A DNA stretch of 31,632 bases. It comes from a virus (taxonomy: Duplodnaviria; Caudoviricetes). This document shows, piece after piece, positions 16,629-26,891 of this stretch (its first letter is position 1; each line of letters starts with the position of its first letter). Position numbers and translations under genes: made by a program. The notes below the pieces were generated by a model. That model saw only the letters and a list, made by a program, of their open reading frames with translations, did not search any database and was not told the origin of the DNA. The DNA lies in IMG/VR virus record IMGVR_UViG_3300030450_000412, positions 1 through 31,632 of that record. One strand, given 5' to 3'.

Positions 16629-17558
16629 TTACTTTATTCCGTTTAATTTACTCAAATTTGATTTGATTCTTTTAACAATATCAGCACCTTCTAATAATCT
16701 AGCTGCTTTTTTAACTGATGGAATTTCGTTTACATTTACTCCTAATTCCTTTGCTTCTTTTTCTAATTTAGAATAAATACTACTACTTTTTTGAACGGCA
16801 TCTTCCATTCCTTTCGCTATTTCTGATAATTCTGATTCAGCATTAAAAATTTTCTTTGTTGAAGCAGTTTCTTGATTTGCCAATTTTCTAAATTTATCAG
16901 CTAATTTTTCTAAGTCATCAGCTAAACCCAACTCAAACTTTTCTGCTTTTAGTTCAGTTTTAGATTCTTGTATTATCTCATTAAGTGCTGATAGTATTTG
17001 TTCTGTTGTCGGTTTTTGTCTTTGCATAGCTTCAAATTTATTAGTAAAGTAGCCCTCTATTGAAAGCCCTTTAAGTTCTCCATCTTTTATCTTATTCCAA
17101 AGCTCTTGGTTTTCTATCTTCATTTTAACGAACCATGTGCCATTTGGTAAGTCATAGCCGTACATTTTAGATTTATCACTATCACCTTCCTTTATCCAAG
17201 ATTCAACTGTTAAAACACCTGATACTCTATCTTGATGTTCATAAGTTGCTTTATGGTGATTGTTATGTTTTAAATAAAGTTCAGAAGCCTTTCTAACCGT
17301 CTCAGGGCTAAAGTAAACATAATACTCTGAATCAGTATTTGGGTCGTATCTAAATATCTGCTTATTAGGTATTAAAGCAGGGCTAACTAACATGCGCTTT
17401 TCTTCATCTACCTTTGCAAACGTTAAGTTGTTTTTCTCTTTACCAAAAAACACAAAGTCTTGCTCTATTGCAGGTGCAGATACTAAGCTAATAGCGTCAA
17501 TTGCTAGTTCTTCATTATCATCTTGTATTACTAATTCTACTATTTTAGTTTCTTTCAT
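16629..17558 (-). CDS. XkdF-like prohead protease with C-terminal coiled coil
   Basis: AISLVSAPAIE, ALIPNKQIFR, ATYEH, VESW, GTWFV and LKGLSIEG motifs. Confidence 0.85.
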   Translation of the reverse strand: MKETKIVELVIQDDNEELAIDAISLVSAPAIEQDFVFFGKEKNNLTFAKVDEEKRMLVSPALIPNKQIFRYDPNTDSEYYVYFSPETVRKASELYLKHNNHHKATYEHQDRVSGVLTVESWIKEGDSDKSKMYGYDLPNGTWFVKMKIENQELWNKIKDGELKGLSIEGYFTNKFEAMQRQKPTTEQILSALNEIIQESKTELKAEKFELGLADDLEKLADKFRKLANQETASTKKIFNAESELSEIAKGMEDAVQKSSSIYSKLEKEAKELGVNVNEIPSVKKAARLLEGADIVKRIKSNLSKLNGIK

Positions 17559-17567
17559 AATATTATT

Positions 17568-18143
17568 TTAAAATGGTAAGTCATCAAGAAAAGCAAAGTC
17601 TAATGATTTTAATGTAGAGTTTAACTTATCTATTTCACTTAATTCTTTTGATATTACTTTTCTATCTAATCCTAATTCTTTTAGTTGTTGCTCTATTGTT
17701 GAAGCAGTTTTTTTGCTTTTTGATAATAACGACTTTGCTTCTTTTATGTTCTCTTTACCGAATTTTATAAGGTCACGAGTTTCTTTTCGCATTTTGTCTG
17801 CTTTTGCTTCTAAGGCAATATATTCACTAGCCAATTTATTTATTTCAGCCTCATCTTTTTCGGCTGCCTTATGTAATCTTTCCGCATCCTCTACTTGTTT
17901 TCTTGCTCTTTCTACATCTTTTTTTAGGTCATCTATAACACCTAACTCAACCCTTTGTGAACTTAAATTAAATTCTTTTAATTCTTTTTCGTATTCTTCA
18001 TACGTCTTTTTCCCTAGTGGTGTTGGTCTCATTTTACTATATTTTTTTGGATTAGACTTTTCACATTCTTCTTTAGTGGCGTATTTACATTCTCCTGTAT
18101 TACCCCATTTATATTTTCCGTTTTCACATTTTTTGCAAGGCAT
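17568..18143 (-). CDS. Coiled-coil head-associated protein
   Basis: N-terminal Cys motif; ELG.IDDL...KELG segment similar to the protease tail. Confidence 0.6.
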   Translation of the reverse strand: MPCKKCENGKYKWGNTGECKYATKEECEKSNPKKYSKMRPTPLGKKTYEEYEKELKEFNLSSQRVELGVIDDLKKDVERARKQVEDAERLHKAAEKDEAEINKLASEYIALEAKADKMRKETRDLIKFGKENIKEAKSLLSKSKKTASTIEQQLKELGLDRKVISKELSEIDKLNSTLKSLDFAFLDDLPF

Positions 18144-18145
18144 AT

Positions 18146-18174
18146 TATATAATAGATTAAATTAATATTTATTT
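18146..18174 (-). promoter_or_regulatory. Putative phage late promoter
   Basis: AAATAA-N12-TCTATTATATA, 2 nt before the ATG. Confidence 0.75.
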
Positions 18175-18179
18175 GATTT

Positions 18180-19736
18180 TTAAATTGTAGCTCTTCTTCT
18201 AATTGCTGCTAGTTTATCTTGATTATTTGTTATATCATCAGAAACAACGTATGCTTGAACAGGTTCAGGAGCTTGACCCCCTGCTAGTTCAAACGTTCCA
18301 CCCATCATTTGTGGTGCTGGAGTTTGAGATGCTCCTGCTGATGGTACTGATCCACCACCTCCACCCCCTTCACCAGGAATTTCAGTATCCATTATTTTCT
18401 GAACATTAGCTAAACCTGTGGCTATAATTGCTGCCACTTCTACCATAGCCCAAGGATTTCCTGCCACATTTGCTAGTGCCTTATTAGCTGCTGCATAAGT
18501 ATCCATAATAGCTTGTGCTATTGCTAATGCTTTATTTTCTCCTGCTAACTGTTGTAATGCTCCAGCTAAATTAGAATAAGCACCTAATTGCTGTTCAACT
18601 CCTGTTGCCACAACTGCTGCTTTTTGTTGTTCAAATTGTTTAGTTATAGCTGTTGTATCCATTCCCGATTTTCTAGCCATATCTAACTTTAATTTATACG
18701 AGGCTTCTAATTCTTCTAACTCCCTTTCAATACCTGATAATCCTTCAGCTCTTAATTCGTTTTGTGTTTCTAATAGTTCTTTTTCTAAAGCTACTTGATT
18801 TGTTTTTTGTTCTGATAGTTGACCTGTTATTGTTTCTTCTAGCTCTAATTGAGCCACTTTAGTTTCTTGCAGTGCTATCCAATTTTCATCAGATTGGTTG
18901 ATATTATATTGCTTTTGTGCAGCTTCCTCCATAATATTTAACTGCGCCCTTTGTAGTGCTTGTTGCTCTGCTAATACTTTATCTAAATCTTTGTTAGCTT
19001 GTATTCTTTCTGCAAAAGTTTTAGTTTCATCATCTCTCACTTGTCTGAGAACTTCAGCTTCTTGTAATTTAATTGCATTAAGTTTAGCAAATTCTACTGC
19101 TGCCTTATCTGCCGCTTTACCTGATTCTGTTACTGCTTTAGCATTGTTGTATGTTTCTTTAGTATAATTTACAACTTTTTTAGTTATTTTTTCAATTGAT
19201 TTATCTGTTCCTGTTAAAACATCATAAAATTCCACTTGTGCCTTTGCTGCCGTTTTGGCGGCTTTTGTGAATTCACCTTCAAATAAATAATTAACTGCTT
19301 CACCAAGATAACCCATAACTTCAAGCATCTGATTAAATCTATCTATAATACCATTTTTTATAGATTGACCCAAATCTGCTATTTTTTGCTGCGGGTCTTC
19401 AAACAACTCTTTAAACCACCCTACTATATCTCCAGCAGTATCACTTATAACATTAAATAAATCATTAAACACAATATCTAATGCGGTCATAGCTGTATTA
19501 AAAGCATCTATAACTTTTTGATTTTTTGAAAATACTTCAAATAACTTGGCTATCAGTGCCACAACCAATCCAATACCAGCACTCTTTAATGCAGTACCCA
19601 TTCCTTTAATTGTAGAACCTAGCGTTTTAAATCCTTGTCCAGCTTGATCCGTTGCCTTATCTAAACTTTTTACATCTTTAGTAACGCTTTTTATATTTGT
19701 TTTTACTTCTGCTTCTAGTATTGTTTTATCTGCCAT
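18180..19736 (-). CDS. Tape measure protein
   Basis: Ala/Gln-rich helical protein; ALKSAGIGLVVALI and KALAIAQAIMDTYAAANKAL segments. Confidence 0.8.
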   Translation of the reverse strand: MADKTILEAEVKTNIKSVTKDVKSLDKATDQAGQGFKTLGSTIKGMGTALKSAGIGLVVALIAKLFEVFSKNQKVIDAFNTAMTALDIVFNDLFNVISDTAGDIVGWFKELFEDPQQKIADLGQSIKNGIIDRFNQMLEVMGYLGEAVNYLFEGEFTKAAKTAAKAQVEFYDVLTGTDKSIEKITKKVVNYTKETYNNAKAVTESGKAADKAAVEFAKLNAIKLQEAEVLRQVRDDETKTFAERIQANKDLDKVLAEQQALQRAQLNIMEEAAQKQYNINQSDENWIALQETKVAQLELEETITGQLSEQKTNQVALEKELLETQNELRAEGLSGIERELEELEASYKLKLDMARKSGMDTTAITKQFEQQKAAVVATGVEQQLGAYSNLAGALQQLAGENKALAIAQAIMDTYAAANKALANVAGNPWAMVEVAAIIATGLANVQKIMDTEIPGEGGGGGGSVPSAGASQTPAPQMMGGTFELAGGQAPEPVQAYVVSDDITNNQDKLAAIRRRATI

Positions 19737-19747
19737 TTTATTTTGTT

Positions 19748-20572
19748 TTATACTTTCATTTCATAAAGGTGAAGCGTACAACTCCAACTTATATTCATAT
19801 TAGCTGCTCCTGTAACTGCAAAAAACATATCATTAGGTGCTGTAAAAATCACGTCTCCTGTCCATCCTGTAACTGTTCCATGTGATCCTAGAGTTGTTTT
19901 AGTCTGATCTACTGCACGTTCATGAGCCAATCCAGCTACATTAATAAACACCCTATCATCTACACTACCACCTGCTGTTCCACCTGTTCTAACTCCAATT
20001 AGCTTTGCTTCAAAACCTTGAAAAGAACTTGTAGATGCTCTAGCAATAACTTCAGTTGAACTGCTATTGCTTACTTTTAACTTAGTAGGAGTTGCATTAG
20101 TAGTTGTTCCTGATAAAGATATTATAGAGCTTTGTCCATACCCTTTACCTGCACCATTAAATCCACCACCTCCAAAAACTATTTCTCCATCTCTTTGTGC
20201 TACACCATACGATCCTAAAACTGTTGCATTGTTTACCCCAAGAGCAATTTCATTATTATCACCAACTATTATACTATCTTTGTTATCACCTTTTGTTGTG
20301 TTGTTTTGACCTAATATAAAAGTATTTCTAGTTCCTTTTTCTGTAAAATTATTTTGCCCTCTTATTACATTTGTGGTGTTTCTAACTCCTTCTTCAGTTG
20401 TAGGTGAATAATGAAACGCTTGACACGTTTGAGTTTCTTCATTATACGTATATCCATAAGCCTCACAATCTGCTTGATTAGGAGTCACATCATTGGTGCC
20501 ATCTGTAAAGATAACTAATCCATTTCTTTGTATTTCTTTCGGTTTAACCGATAATCCTGTTCTAAATTGCAT
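19748..20572 (-). CDS. Tail tip/fibre-associated protein
   Basis: G.NN beta-helix-like repeats; located in the tail module. Confidence 0.55.
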   Translation of the reverse strand: MQFRTGLSVKPKEIQRNGLVIFTDGTNDVTPNQADCEAYGYTYNEETQTCQAFHYSPTTEEGVRNTTNVIRGQNNFTEKGTRNTFILGQNNTTKGDNKDSIIVGDNNEIALGVNNATVLGSYGVAQRDGEIVFGGGGFNGAGKGYGQSSIISLSGTTTNATPTKLKVSNSSSTEVIARASTSSFQGFEAKLIGVRTGGTAGGSVDDRVFINVAGLAHERAVDQTKTTLGSHGTVTGWTGDVIFTAPNDMFFAVTGAANMNISWSCTLHLYEMKV

Positions 20573-23331
20573 TATACTATTAATATAAATTCAACTGTTG
20601 ATAAATCTTTTGGTTTGTAATCAATTCTATTCACTCTATATGCTCTGTTCTTAATCATCACATTGTCTGAGAATTTAAATGATGCAATATCACCTGGCTG
20701 CAAATTTACTTTTATCTGCATCACTTTAGTATCAGGATTGTAAAGCTGATTATAATAAGGGAACCAATATGTGTTAAATAAGTTATTAGGTACAGGCTGA
20801 CCTATTGGCTGTATCAACTGACATTCGCCAAAATTAAAATCTACTGTATCTGATGCTGCTGGAGGTGTACTCACAACAGTTGGTATTGTTGTTAAATGCG
20901 CAAATGTGAATCTTTTAAAAGACTGCTCTGCTGAAACTCCATTTTGTGCAGGTATATAATAGCTAGTAGTTCCCATTGTATCCGCTTCATCAGTTAGTTG
21001 ATATAATATTCTTGGGGCATTATCAAATGCACTTGTTACACCATTACTATCTGCTGTATAAATAGTAGGAACAACTAATTCAGGGAATGCTGTCCATAAC
21101 GGTTTAGATACAGTAGCTGCAAAAGGTTCTGCTACTATTTCTTCTTCTCCTTCTAATAAAGTAAATTGAGTTGCATCAAAAATTTTGCTTCCGTATAAAT
21201 GACCTCTAGTAGATTTTTTGTATATATTAAACATAAAATCTGCATCATCTTCTGCATACTTAAATATAGTTTTCTTTTTTAAATCATTTAAAGGAGTTAG
21301 CTTAATATCTTTTTCATCTATTTTATCAGTCCAATCATGCTGAATCCCTCTTGCACTTAAGCTTGTTCCTTTGCTGCTGTTTAGAAATATATCTTTATAA
21401 GGCTCTATTATAATATTTCCAGGAATTGCTTCATCTTTTAATGTGATTAAATTAAACATAGTTAAAATACCCTTAAAAAATTCCCATTGATTTAACTGAC
21501 CTCGTAATGTGTTTAAAATTGAAGATGTAACTTCAACTGTTGATACAGTAAATATAGCTGTTCCTCCAGGATATGTTTTAAGATAATTTCCTATCCCTAT
21601 ATCTTGCTGAATAGGTGTTAGCTTATCACCTGTATCTAATGTTATATAAAATTGTCCTTCATAATTCCAATTGGAATAAAATTGGATGCTGTATTCATAA
21701 AGCTCATCAATATAAGTTGTTGTACCTGCTGAAGCATCATAATATTCCCAAGCAAAATACCCGTCAGCAGAAGCGCCGATAGTAGGTCTAAATCTGATTT
21801 TGTAATCTACATTATATAGCTGATTGTCTGATGTGCTAACAATAGAATATTGATTTGCCCCTGAAGTATTATAATCAGGCGGTAATTGAGATGATGTAGC
21901 TATTCCGTAAGTACCAGGAGCATAAAACTTAATAGGTTCAGCAGTAGTTGAAACTAAAACTTGTGGAGCTGCACCCTGTGAAGAATTATACACACTTTTA
22001 TCTAATGTTGTTGGCATTCTATCACCACCCCAATTGAAATCCATATATAACTTACCAAAATCTGAACTATCAAAAAAGTTTGAAGAATATGTAAATTCTG
22101 CCTCGCTAAATATTCGATCTATTAAGTATTTTATTTTTATCCAAGGTCTAAATGCTTGTTCTAAACTTGTTAACTCAGGCATTCCTAGTGTTGCAGATGA
22201 ACCTGTTGATCCGTTTGCATATAGTATCTGACCAGTCCAATCTACAAAAGGGTATTTTAAAACATTTGTATTGTTAGCACCAATACTTGAATCGTAAGCA
22301 TAACTAGATGAAGTATTTAATGGTTGATCTAATGGTAAACCAACATCATCATCCCAACTATTCTTAATGTTTGTTATATTATATTCATGTGCTAATTCAG
22401 AAAAATCAATGTAATCAAAAGCCCTGTTTTTTAATACATCAGCTAAAGCTATTGTTTCTGCAAATAAGTTTACGTTGTAGCTTATTTCACCATCACGATC
22501 TTCTATGTTTATCAATTTAAGAATACCATCAAATAAAATAATTCCATCTTGCTTTAATACTGCTCTAGTTTTAATGTAAGGATTAAACTCATAAGGATGG
22601 TGAACACTTCTTGTTATTTCAAATATATGACTAAATAGCTGGTTGTTTCTTTTAGTGGCTGGTAAATTAAAATCTTTAGAATATGATTGAATCTTTTCTG
22701 CTACATTTTTAAAATCATCTACACTTAATGTTAGCGGTATTTCTTCATCTTCATATAAATCTACAATAACTTGCCCTTCAAATTCATCAGGAGCAGAAGT
22801 GTTTACTGTAACTTTAGAAATGACTAAATTAGAATTAGTATTGTTTTGATACTGCACAAAAAGAATATCATTCTGAGCTTGTGCTGTAAAACTCCATGTA
22901 AATGAAGTGGTTGTATCTGTTGCATAAGAAACCCATGAATGCAGTGTGGTTGTGTCTGCTTGTAAAAAATATATATATCCAGGAGCAGAGGCATAATTAG
23001 CTGTCACTGTATATTGCGCACCTGGTATTAATCCTGAAAGCTGTTGATAAATACCGCAACGTGTACCCAGAGAACTTGATGTTACCGCATTTAATGTTAA
23101 TGATCCTGTTGAAGATGTGGCAACGGCTGGAGTTCCGTTTACAATCCATCTAAATTTATACCATTGGTTAGGAATTGAAGGGTATTGAGCATTCACAATA
23201 TTAACTGTCACACCCGTAGTTGCCGAACTATCTACATTACTAGCACCAGGAACGCCAACAAAATCTTGACCATCTACCAACATGGAGTTTCTAGTGTGGG
23301 TTTGCGGAAATATGGCTAATTGTACACTCAT
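20572..23331 (-). CDS. Large tail tip/hub protein
   Basis: VDLYEDEEIPLTLSVDD..SYSKDFNLPATKRNN; C-terminal YRVNRIDY; N-terminal carbohydrate-binding-like insertion. Confidence 0.7.
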   Translation of the reverse strand: MSVQLAIFPQTHTRNSMLVDGQDFVGVPGASNVDSSATTGVTVNIVNAQYPSIPNQWYKFRWIVNGTPAVATSSTGSLTLNAVTSSSLGTRCGIYQQLSGLIPGAQYTVTANYASAPGYIYFLQADTTTLHSWVSYATDTTTSFTWSFTAQAQNDILFVQYQNNTNSNLVISKVTVNTSAPDEFEGQVIVDLYEDEEIPLTLSVDDFKNVAEKIQSYSKDFNLPATKRNNQLFSHIFEITRSVHHPYEFNPYIKTRAVLKQDGIILFDGILKLINIEDRDGEISYNVNLFAETIALADVLKNRAFDYIDFSELAHEYNITNIKNSWDDDVGLPLDQPLNTSSSYAYDSSIGANNTNVLKYPFVDWTGQILYANGSTGSSATLGMPELTSLEQAFRPWIKIKYLIDRIFSEAEFTYSSNFFDSSDFGKLYMDFNWGGDRMPTTLDKSVYNSSQGAAPQVLVSTTAEPIKFYAPGTYGIATSSQLPPDYNTSGANQYSIVSTSDNQLYNVDYKIRFRPTIGASADGYFAWEYYDASAGTTTYIDELYEYSIQFYSNWNYEGQFYITLDTGDKLTPIQQDIGIGNYLKTYPGGTAIFTVSTVEVTSSILNTLRGQLNQWEFFKGILTMFNLITLKDEAIPGNIIIEPYKDIFLNSSKGTSLSARGIQHDWTDKIDEKDIKLTPLNDLKKKTIFKYAEDDADFMFNIYKKSTRGHLYGSKIFDATQFTLLEGEEEIVAEPFAATVSKPLWTAFPELVVPTIYTADSNGVTSAFDNAPRILYQLTDEADTMGTTSYYIPAQNGVSAEQSFKRFTFAHLTTIPTVVSTPPAASDTVDFNFGECQLIQPIGQPVPNNLFNTYWFPYYNQLYNPDTKVMQIKVNLQPGDIASFKFSDNVMIKNRAYRVNRIDYKPKDLSTVEFILIV

Positions 23332-24806
23332 TATACTGTTTGTGTTCTTTGTGTTTTATTTCTTTCTAGTTCAAAAGTATATTGAATTAACTTATCGTTG
23401 GCTATTGTTTTTTCTATATAATTAGAAGTAGTCATCAAAACAGGCTCTACATATCTTCCTGTTATTGTATCATGTGGAGCTGTATCAGAACTATCAAATC
23501 CATTTAGCTTATAAACTTCAGGGCTAGCAATCAAATCTTGAAACATTCTTCCTTCTTTTTCAGTAATAAAATCTGTATTAATCTGAAATCTTTCTGTTGA
23601 ATTTACTCTGAAGTTTTTACGCCCTCCCTTGTATCCATAAATATCGAATGTACTTTCATTCCAAGTACCTGTACTTTGAGTATAAGTAGTTCTATTGGTT
23701 GTGCTTGATTTAACAGATTTTTTTGTAAAAGTATAATAATCCCATACACCCCACTGATTTAACCAACACAATCTTACACTCTCATAACCTCTTAGATCAG
23801 GACAATTAATATAAACAGTGTACATTTTTCCTGGAGATCCAGCAGAAGTATTATTAGCTTGAATTGTATAATAACTTATATCATCAATATCACTTTCAAA
23901 TGCAGTGACCCAATTTCTCAAATTTCCTGGATAAGCACCAAAATAATTAATCTTAGTTGCTGCATTATCAGAAGAACTGGATCCACTACCATTAGTCCAA
24001 TTAACATTCAACTGCTTAGTTCCTAAGAGAGACCCTGAAGAATCATACCAATTAAAAGTTATATAATTTACGTAATAACTGCCATTAGGATATTGATAAA
24101 AAGCTAATGTTCCATAATCTTCTTTGTTAGCATATAAAGTTGTAGGGGCATTAGTTATGAATTTACTGTTAAAATTAGGATAGAAATTTTTCCCATAATA
24201 CCCCATGTCATAACCATAGTTCCCAGCTTCTCTTTTTATGTAATCATTATGTTGCAACACACCATCTGTAATTAGCATATTAATTGAGTTTAATTCTGTA
24301 TTAGCTATTTCTATAACGGCTCCTGTTGCCGTTGTTGAACCCTCAATATAAAACCTAATTTTTATCCATTTAGTTCCATTTCTTGTTTGACAAAATCTAT
24401 CAATTACATGAATTGGGTGCGGTGTATCAGAACTATAATTAACTCCTTTAAACTTACTGTAAGAGCCTCCTGTTATTGTTTGTGAACTCCCTTGATTATC
24501 TGATGAAACGTAAGATTCTAAAATAGATCTAAAATCAAAAATACCATTTCCCTTGTCATTTGGTGTTGTTTTAAATGTACCTATATTATAAGTTCCAGCA
24601 GTTAAATCTGCATCTGATATTTTTCCGCTTCGTCTAACAGAAACTTCTGCTACAAATTTTACATTATAATTATTACTAACCACAGAGCTATTTGCCAATG
24701 TGAAGATTATAGGTTGACCTACAGGCATCACTCCTTCATAAATATTTTGAGAAGGCCAATTTGTTTCATTACCATATAAAGGTCGTTGTTTGAATGATGT
24801 TGCCAT
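23331..24806 (-). CDS. Distal tail/baseplate-like protein
   Basis: WLNQWGVWDYYTF, NTDFITE and LIASPEVY pattern. Confidence 0.6.
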   Translation of the reverse strand: MATSFKQRPLYGNETNWPSQNIYEGVMPVGQPIIFTLANSSVVSNNYNVKFVAEVSVRRSGKISDADLTAGTYNIGTFKTTPNDKGNGIFDFRSILESYVSSDNQGSSQTITGGSYSKFKGVNYSSDTPHPIHVIDRFCQTRNGTKWIKIRFYIEGSTTATGAVIEIANTELNSINMLITDGVLQHNDYIKREAGNYGYDMGYYGKNFYPNFNSKFITNAPTTLYANKEDYGTLAFYQYPNGSYYVNYITFNWYDSSGSLLGTKQLNVNWTNGSGSSSSDNAATKINYFGAYPGNLRNWVTAFESDIDDISYYTIQANNTSAGSPGKMYTVYINCPDLRGYESVRLCWLNQWGVWDYYTFTKKSVKSSTTNRTTYTQSTGTWNESTFDIYGYKGGRKNFRVNSTERFQINTDFITEKEGRMFQDLIASPEVYKLNGFDSSDTAPHDTITGRYVEPVLMTTSNYIEKTIANDKLIQYTFELERNKTQRTQTV

Positions 24807-25342
24807 TATTTAACTGTTATTTTTTGTGTTTTTAATCCGTTTATAATATCTTCTTTTACACCACCTAAAAGCTCATTACCAAATTGCTTTAATCCTAATG
24901 CTAAAGGTTTTTGAAAGAAGCTAATCCCTTGTATACCTTTTTTAAATATACTTCTAGCAATTAAAAATGATATGCTTTTTCTTGACATAAATCTACCTTT
25001 TTCATCTCTAGGTGCTATACCTTTTTTTACTATCCACTTATCTAACACCCTACTAGGGGGTTGCTTATTGGTGTATTTGTAAGGGGTTGGTATTACCTTA
25101 CTTTTATAGTTTTTAAAACTCCTTCTTACTTTTGTTCCTGAAACCCCTTTATCTACATACTGACCATAATCTGCCATATAGAAGTCTACTGAATATCCTG
25201 TTGGAGTATTTTTAATTTTGAAATATATAGAGCTTTCCAAAGCGGTACCACCCCCTTTTGCTTTTTGAATATTCCCTTTAGCTCGATTGACTACCTGTCT
25301 ACCAAAGCTTTCCAAGTATCTTTCTATGTTTTTAGTTTTCAT
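24806..25342 (-). CDS. Tail completion/neck protein (HK97 gp10-like)
   Basis: GTALESSI, YGQYVDKGV and FLIARSIFKKGI; basic. Confidence 0.6.
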   Translation of the reverse strand: MKTKNIERYLESFGRQVVNRAKGNIQKAKGGGTALESSIYFKIKNTPTGYSVDFYMADYGQYVDKGVSGTKVRRSFKNYKSKVIPTPYKYTNKQPPSRVLDKWIVKKGIAPRDEKGRFMSRKSISFLIARSIFKKGIQGISFFQKPLALGLKQFGNELLGGVKEDIINGLKTQKITVK

Positions 25343-25797
25343 TATACAAGAGCAACGAACACTTCAACCTGAACATCTGCTGAACCAACAGGTCTGACCT
25401 GTATATTCGCAAGAGATTCCATTGTTCCAAAACTAGGGGTTGTATCAGCTTCTGCTAATAAGATTTCTGCACCCTCACTTAGAACGTGTGAATATTCTGG
25501 TCTTAGCTTAACTTGATAAAGTGTAGCCGAACCTACAAAAGCAACCTCTATGTTTTCCGTTTCGCTAAGATTTGTCACCCTAATATATTTAGTTCTGTCT
25601 ACATCTATTGTAACATTACCTGCTGAAGCATGAGGACTTGCTGCAAAAACTGCCACAGTTGTAGTATTAGAATGGGCGCATGAAACTATTCTTTCATATA
25701 CATCAGTAATCCCTGTTTGCGTTGTACTATTTGCGCTGCCTCTAGTTTGTCCATTCAAAGCGACACTGTCCGAAATTGTTGTTGTTAAATCTGCCAT
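25342..25797 (-). CDS. Hypothetical virion protein
   Basis: Beta-rich 151 aa in the tail operon. Confidence 0.55.
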   Translation of the reverse strand: MADLTTTISDSVALNGQTRGSANSTTQTGITDVYERIVSCAHSNTTTVAVFAASPHASAGNVTIDVDRTKYIRVTNLSETENIEVAFVGSATLYQVKLRPEYSHVLSEGAEILLAEADTTPSFGTMESLANIQVRPVGSADVQVEVFVALV

Positions 25798-25798
25798 T

Positions 25799-26008
25799 TT
25801 ATTTTTTATTATTTAATAGTGTTAATATTGTGTTTATTTTTTCTTTTAATTCGTTCATATTATTTGCATTAGTTTCATGATGTTTTGAAAATGTATCTTT
25901 CACCTCTCTAATGCTAAAGAAGAAAAATTTATACAAAGCGTAACATGCGCCCATTAAAAGCACTACACTCAATCCGTAATTTTCAACCATTCGTAAAGTT
26001 TCTTCCAT
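25799..26008 (-). CDS. Small membrane protein, BhlA/UviB holin-like
   Basis: N-terminal TM helix followed by a coiled coil. Confidence 0.5.
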   Translation of the reverse strand: MEETLRMVENYGLSVVLLMGACYALYKFFFFSIREVKDTFSKHHETNANNMNELKEKINTILTLLNNKK

Positions 26009-26097
26009 TATAATCTTATTCTAATAGTTGGTGGGATTATTTGTATTTCTACTTTCCCTATTTTTATAACGTTTATTTTTTTTAATCTTTTCCACAT
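26008..26097 (-). CDS. Small basic peptide, 29 aa (not in ORF track)
   Basis: MWKRLKKINVIKIGKVEIQIIPPTIRIRL; TAATG overlaps at both ends. Confidence 0.55.
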   Translation of the reverse strand: MWKRLKKINVIKIGKVEIQIIPPTIRIRL

Positions 26098-26645
26098 TAG
26101 TACCCTGCTCCTGAATCTGTTGCTGGTATTATACAAGCATCAAAATCGTTCATTACTTTAATTCCTATTTGAAACGTCCAACCACATAGAGCATTATCAA
26201 ATCTTTCTGTAAATGGCTCTATTGTAAACTGATCTTCTGTAAAGTACAAAGGACTGTTAATATCATTAGTTCCTGCTAGTGATTGTCTTGCACTATGTCT
26301 TAACATACCAATAATATCAGTACATATTTCTAATGTTTGATTGAACACTTCTTGCTCATTGTTCTTCATATCTACTAACTTAGTTAAATCAGCATGTTGT
26401 TTGGTTTGCCAATCTTTTTTCTCAGAAACTAAATCACAAATAAAAATCTGATAGTTGTATATTAACTCACTATCCCCTGTTTCTACATTAAGTGGGTTGA
26501 TGTGCATTAACACAAATTTCTCCAGCTTTTCTAAATTAATATCATATATATCACCAACTGATACTGTTGATATTTGATCATGATACTGACCAATCCTTAT
26601 TAATGTGTTTGTAACATTGTTATATGTCTTATTGCTTACCGCCAT
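26097..26645 (-). CDS. Putative tail terminator protein
   Basis: IEPFTERFDNALCGW motif; size and position. Confidence 0.6.
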   Translation of the reverse strand: MAVSNKTYNNVTNTLIRIGQYHDQISTVSVGDIYDINLEKLEKFVLMHINPLNVETGDSELIYNYQIFICDLVSEKKDWQTKQHADLTKLVDMKNNEQEVFNQTLEICTDIIGMLRHSARQSLAGTNDINSPLYFTEDQFTIEPFTERFDNALCGWTFQIGIKVMNDFDACIIPATDSGAGY

Positions 26646-26891
26646 GTTTTACTTTATTTTGTGTACTTAAATCCGTTTCATAACTTAACCACGTTAAACA
26701 TTCTAGTAGGTTAAGGTTTGTTATTCTTTCTAAGTTTACTATTTCACCTTTTGTTAATCTATACATCACTCCGAACCATCCCCACTTTTCTGCAAAAGAT
26801 TCGGAGGCAATTCCATCTCCATCTCCTTCATTCGTTCCATTAAAAATAATGGCAAAATCTCTAGCAATTCTTTCCCTAAAGCAAAAAAAAA
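26629..26891 (-). CDS. Frameshifted (-1) C-terminal part of tail assembly chaperone (gpGT-like)
   Basis: T9 run at 26883-26891 followed by an 84-codon open -1 frame: CFRERIARDF...FAEKWGWFGVMYRLT...CLTWLSYETD. Confidence 0.7.
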
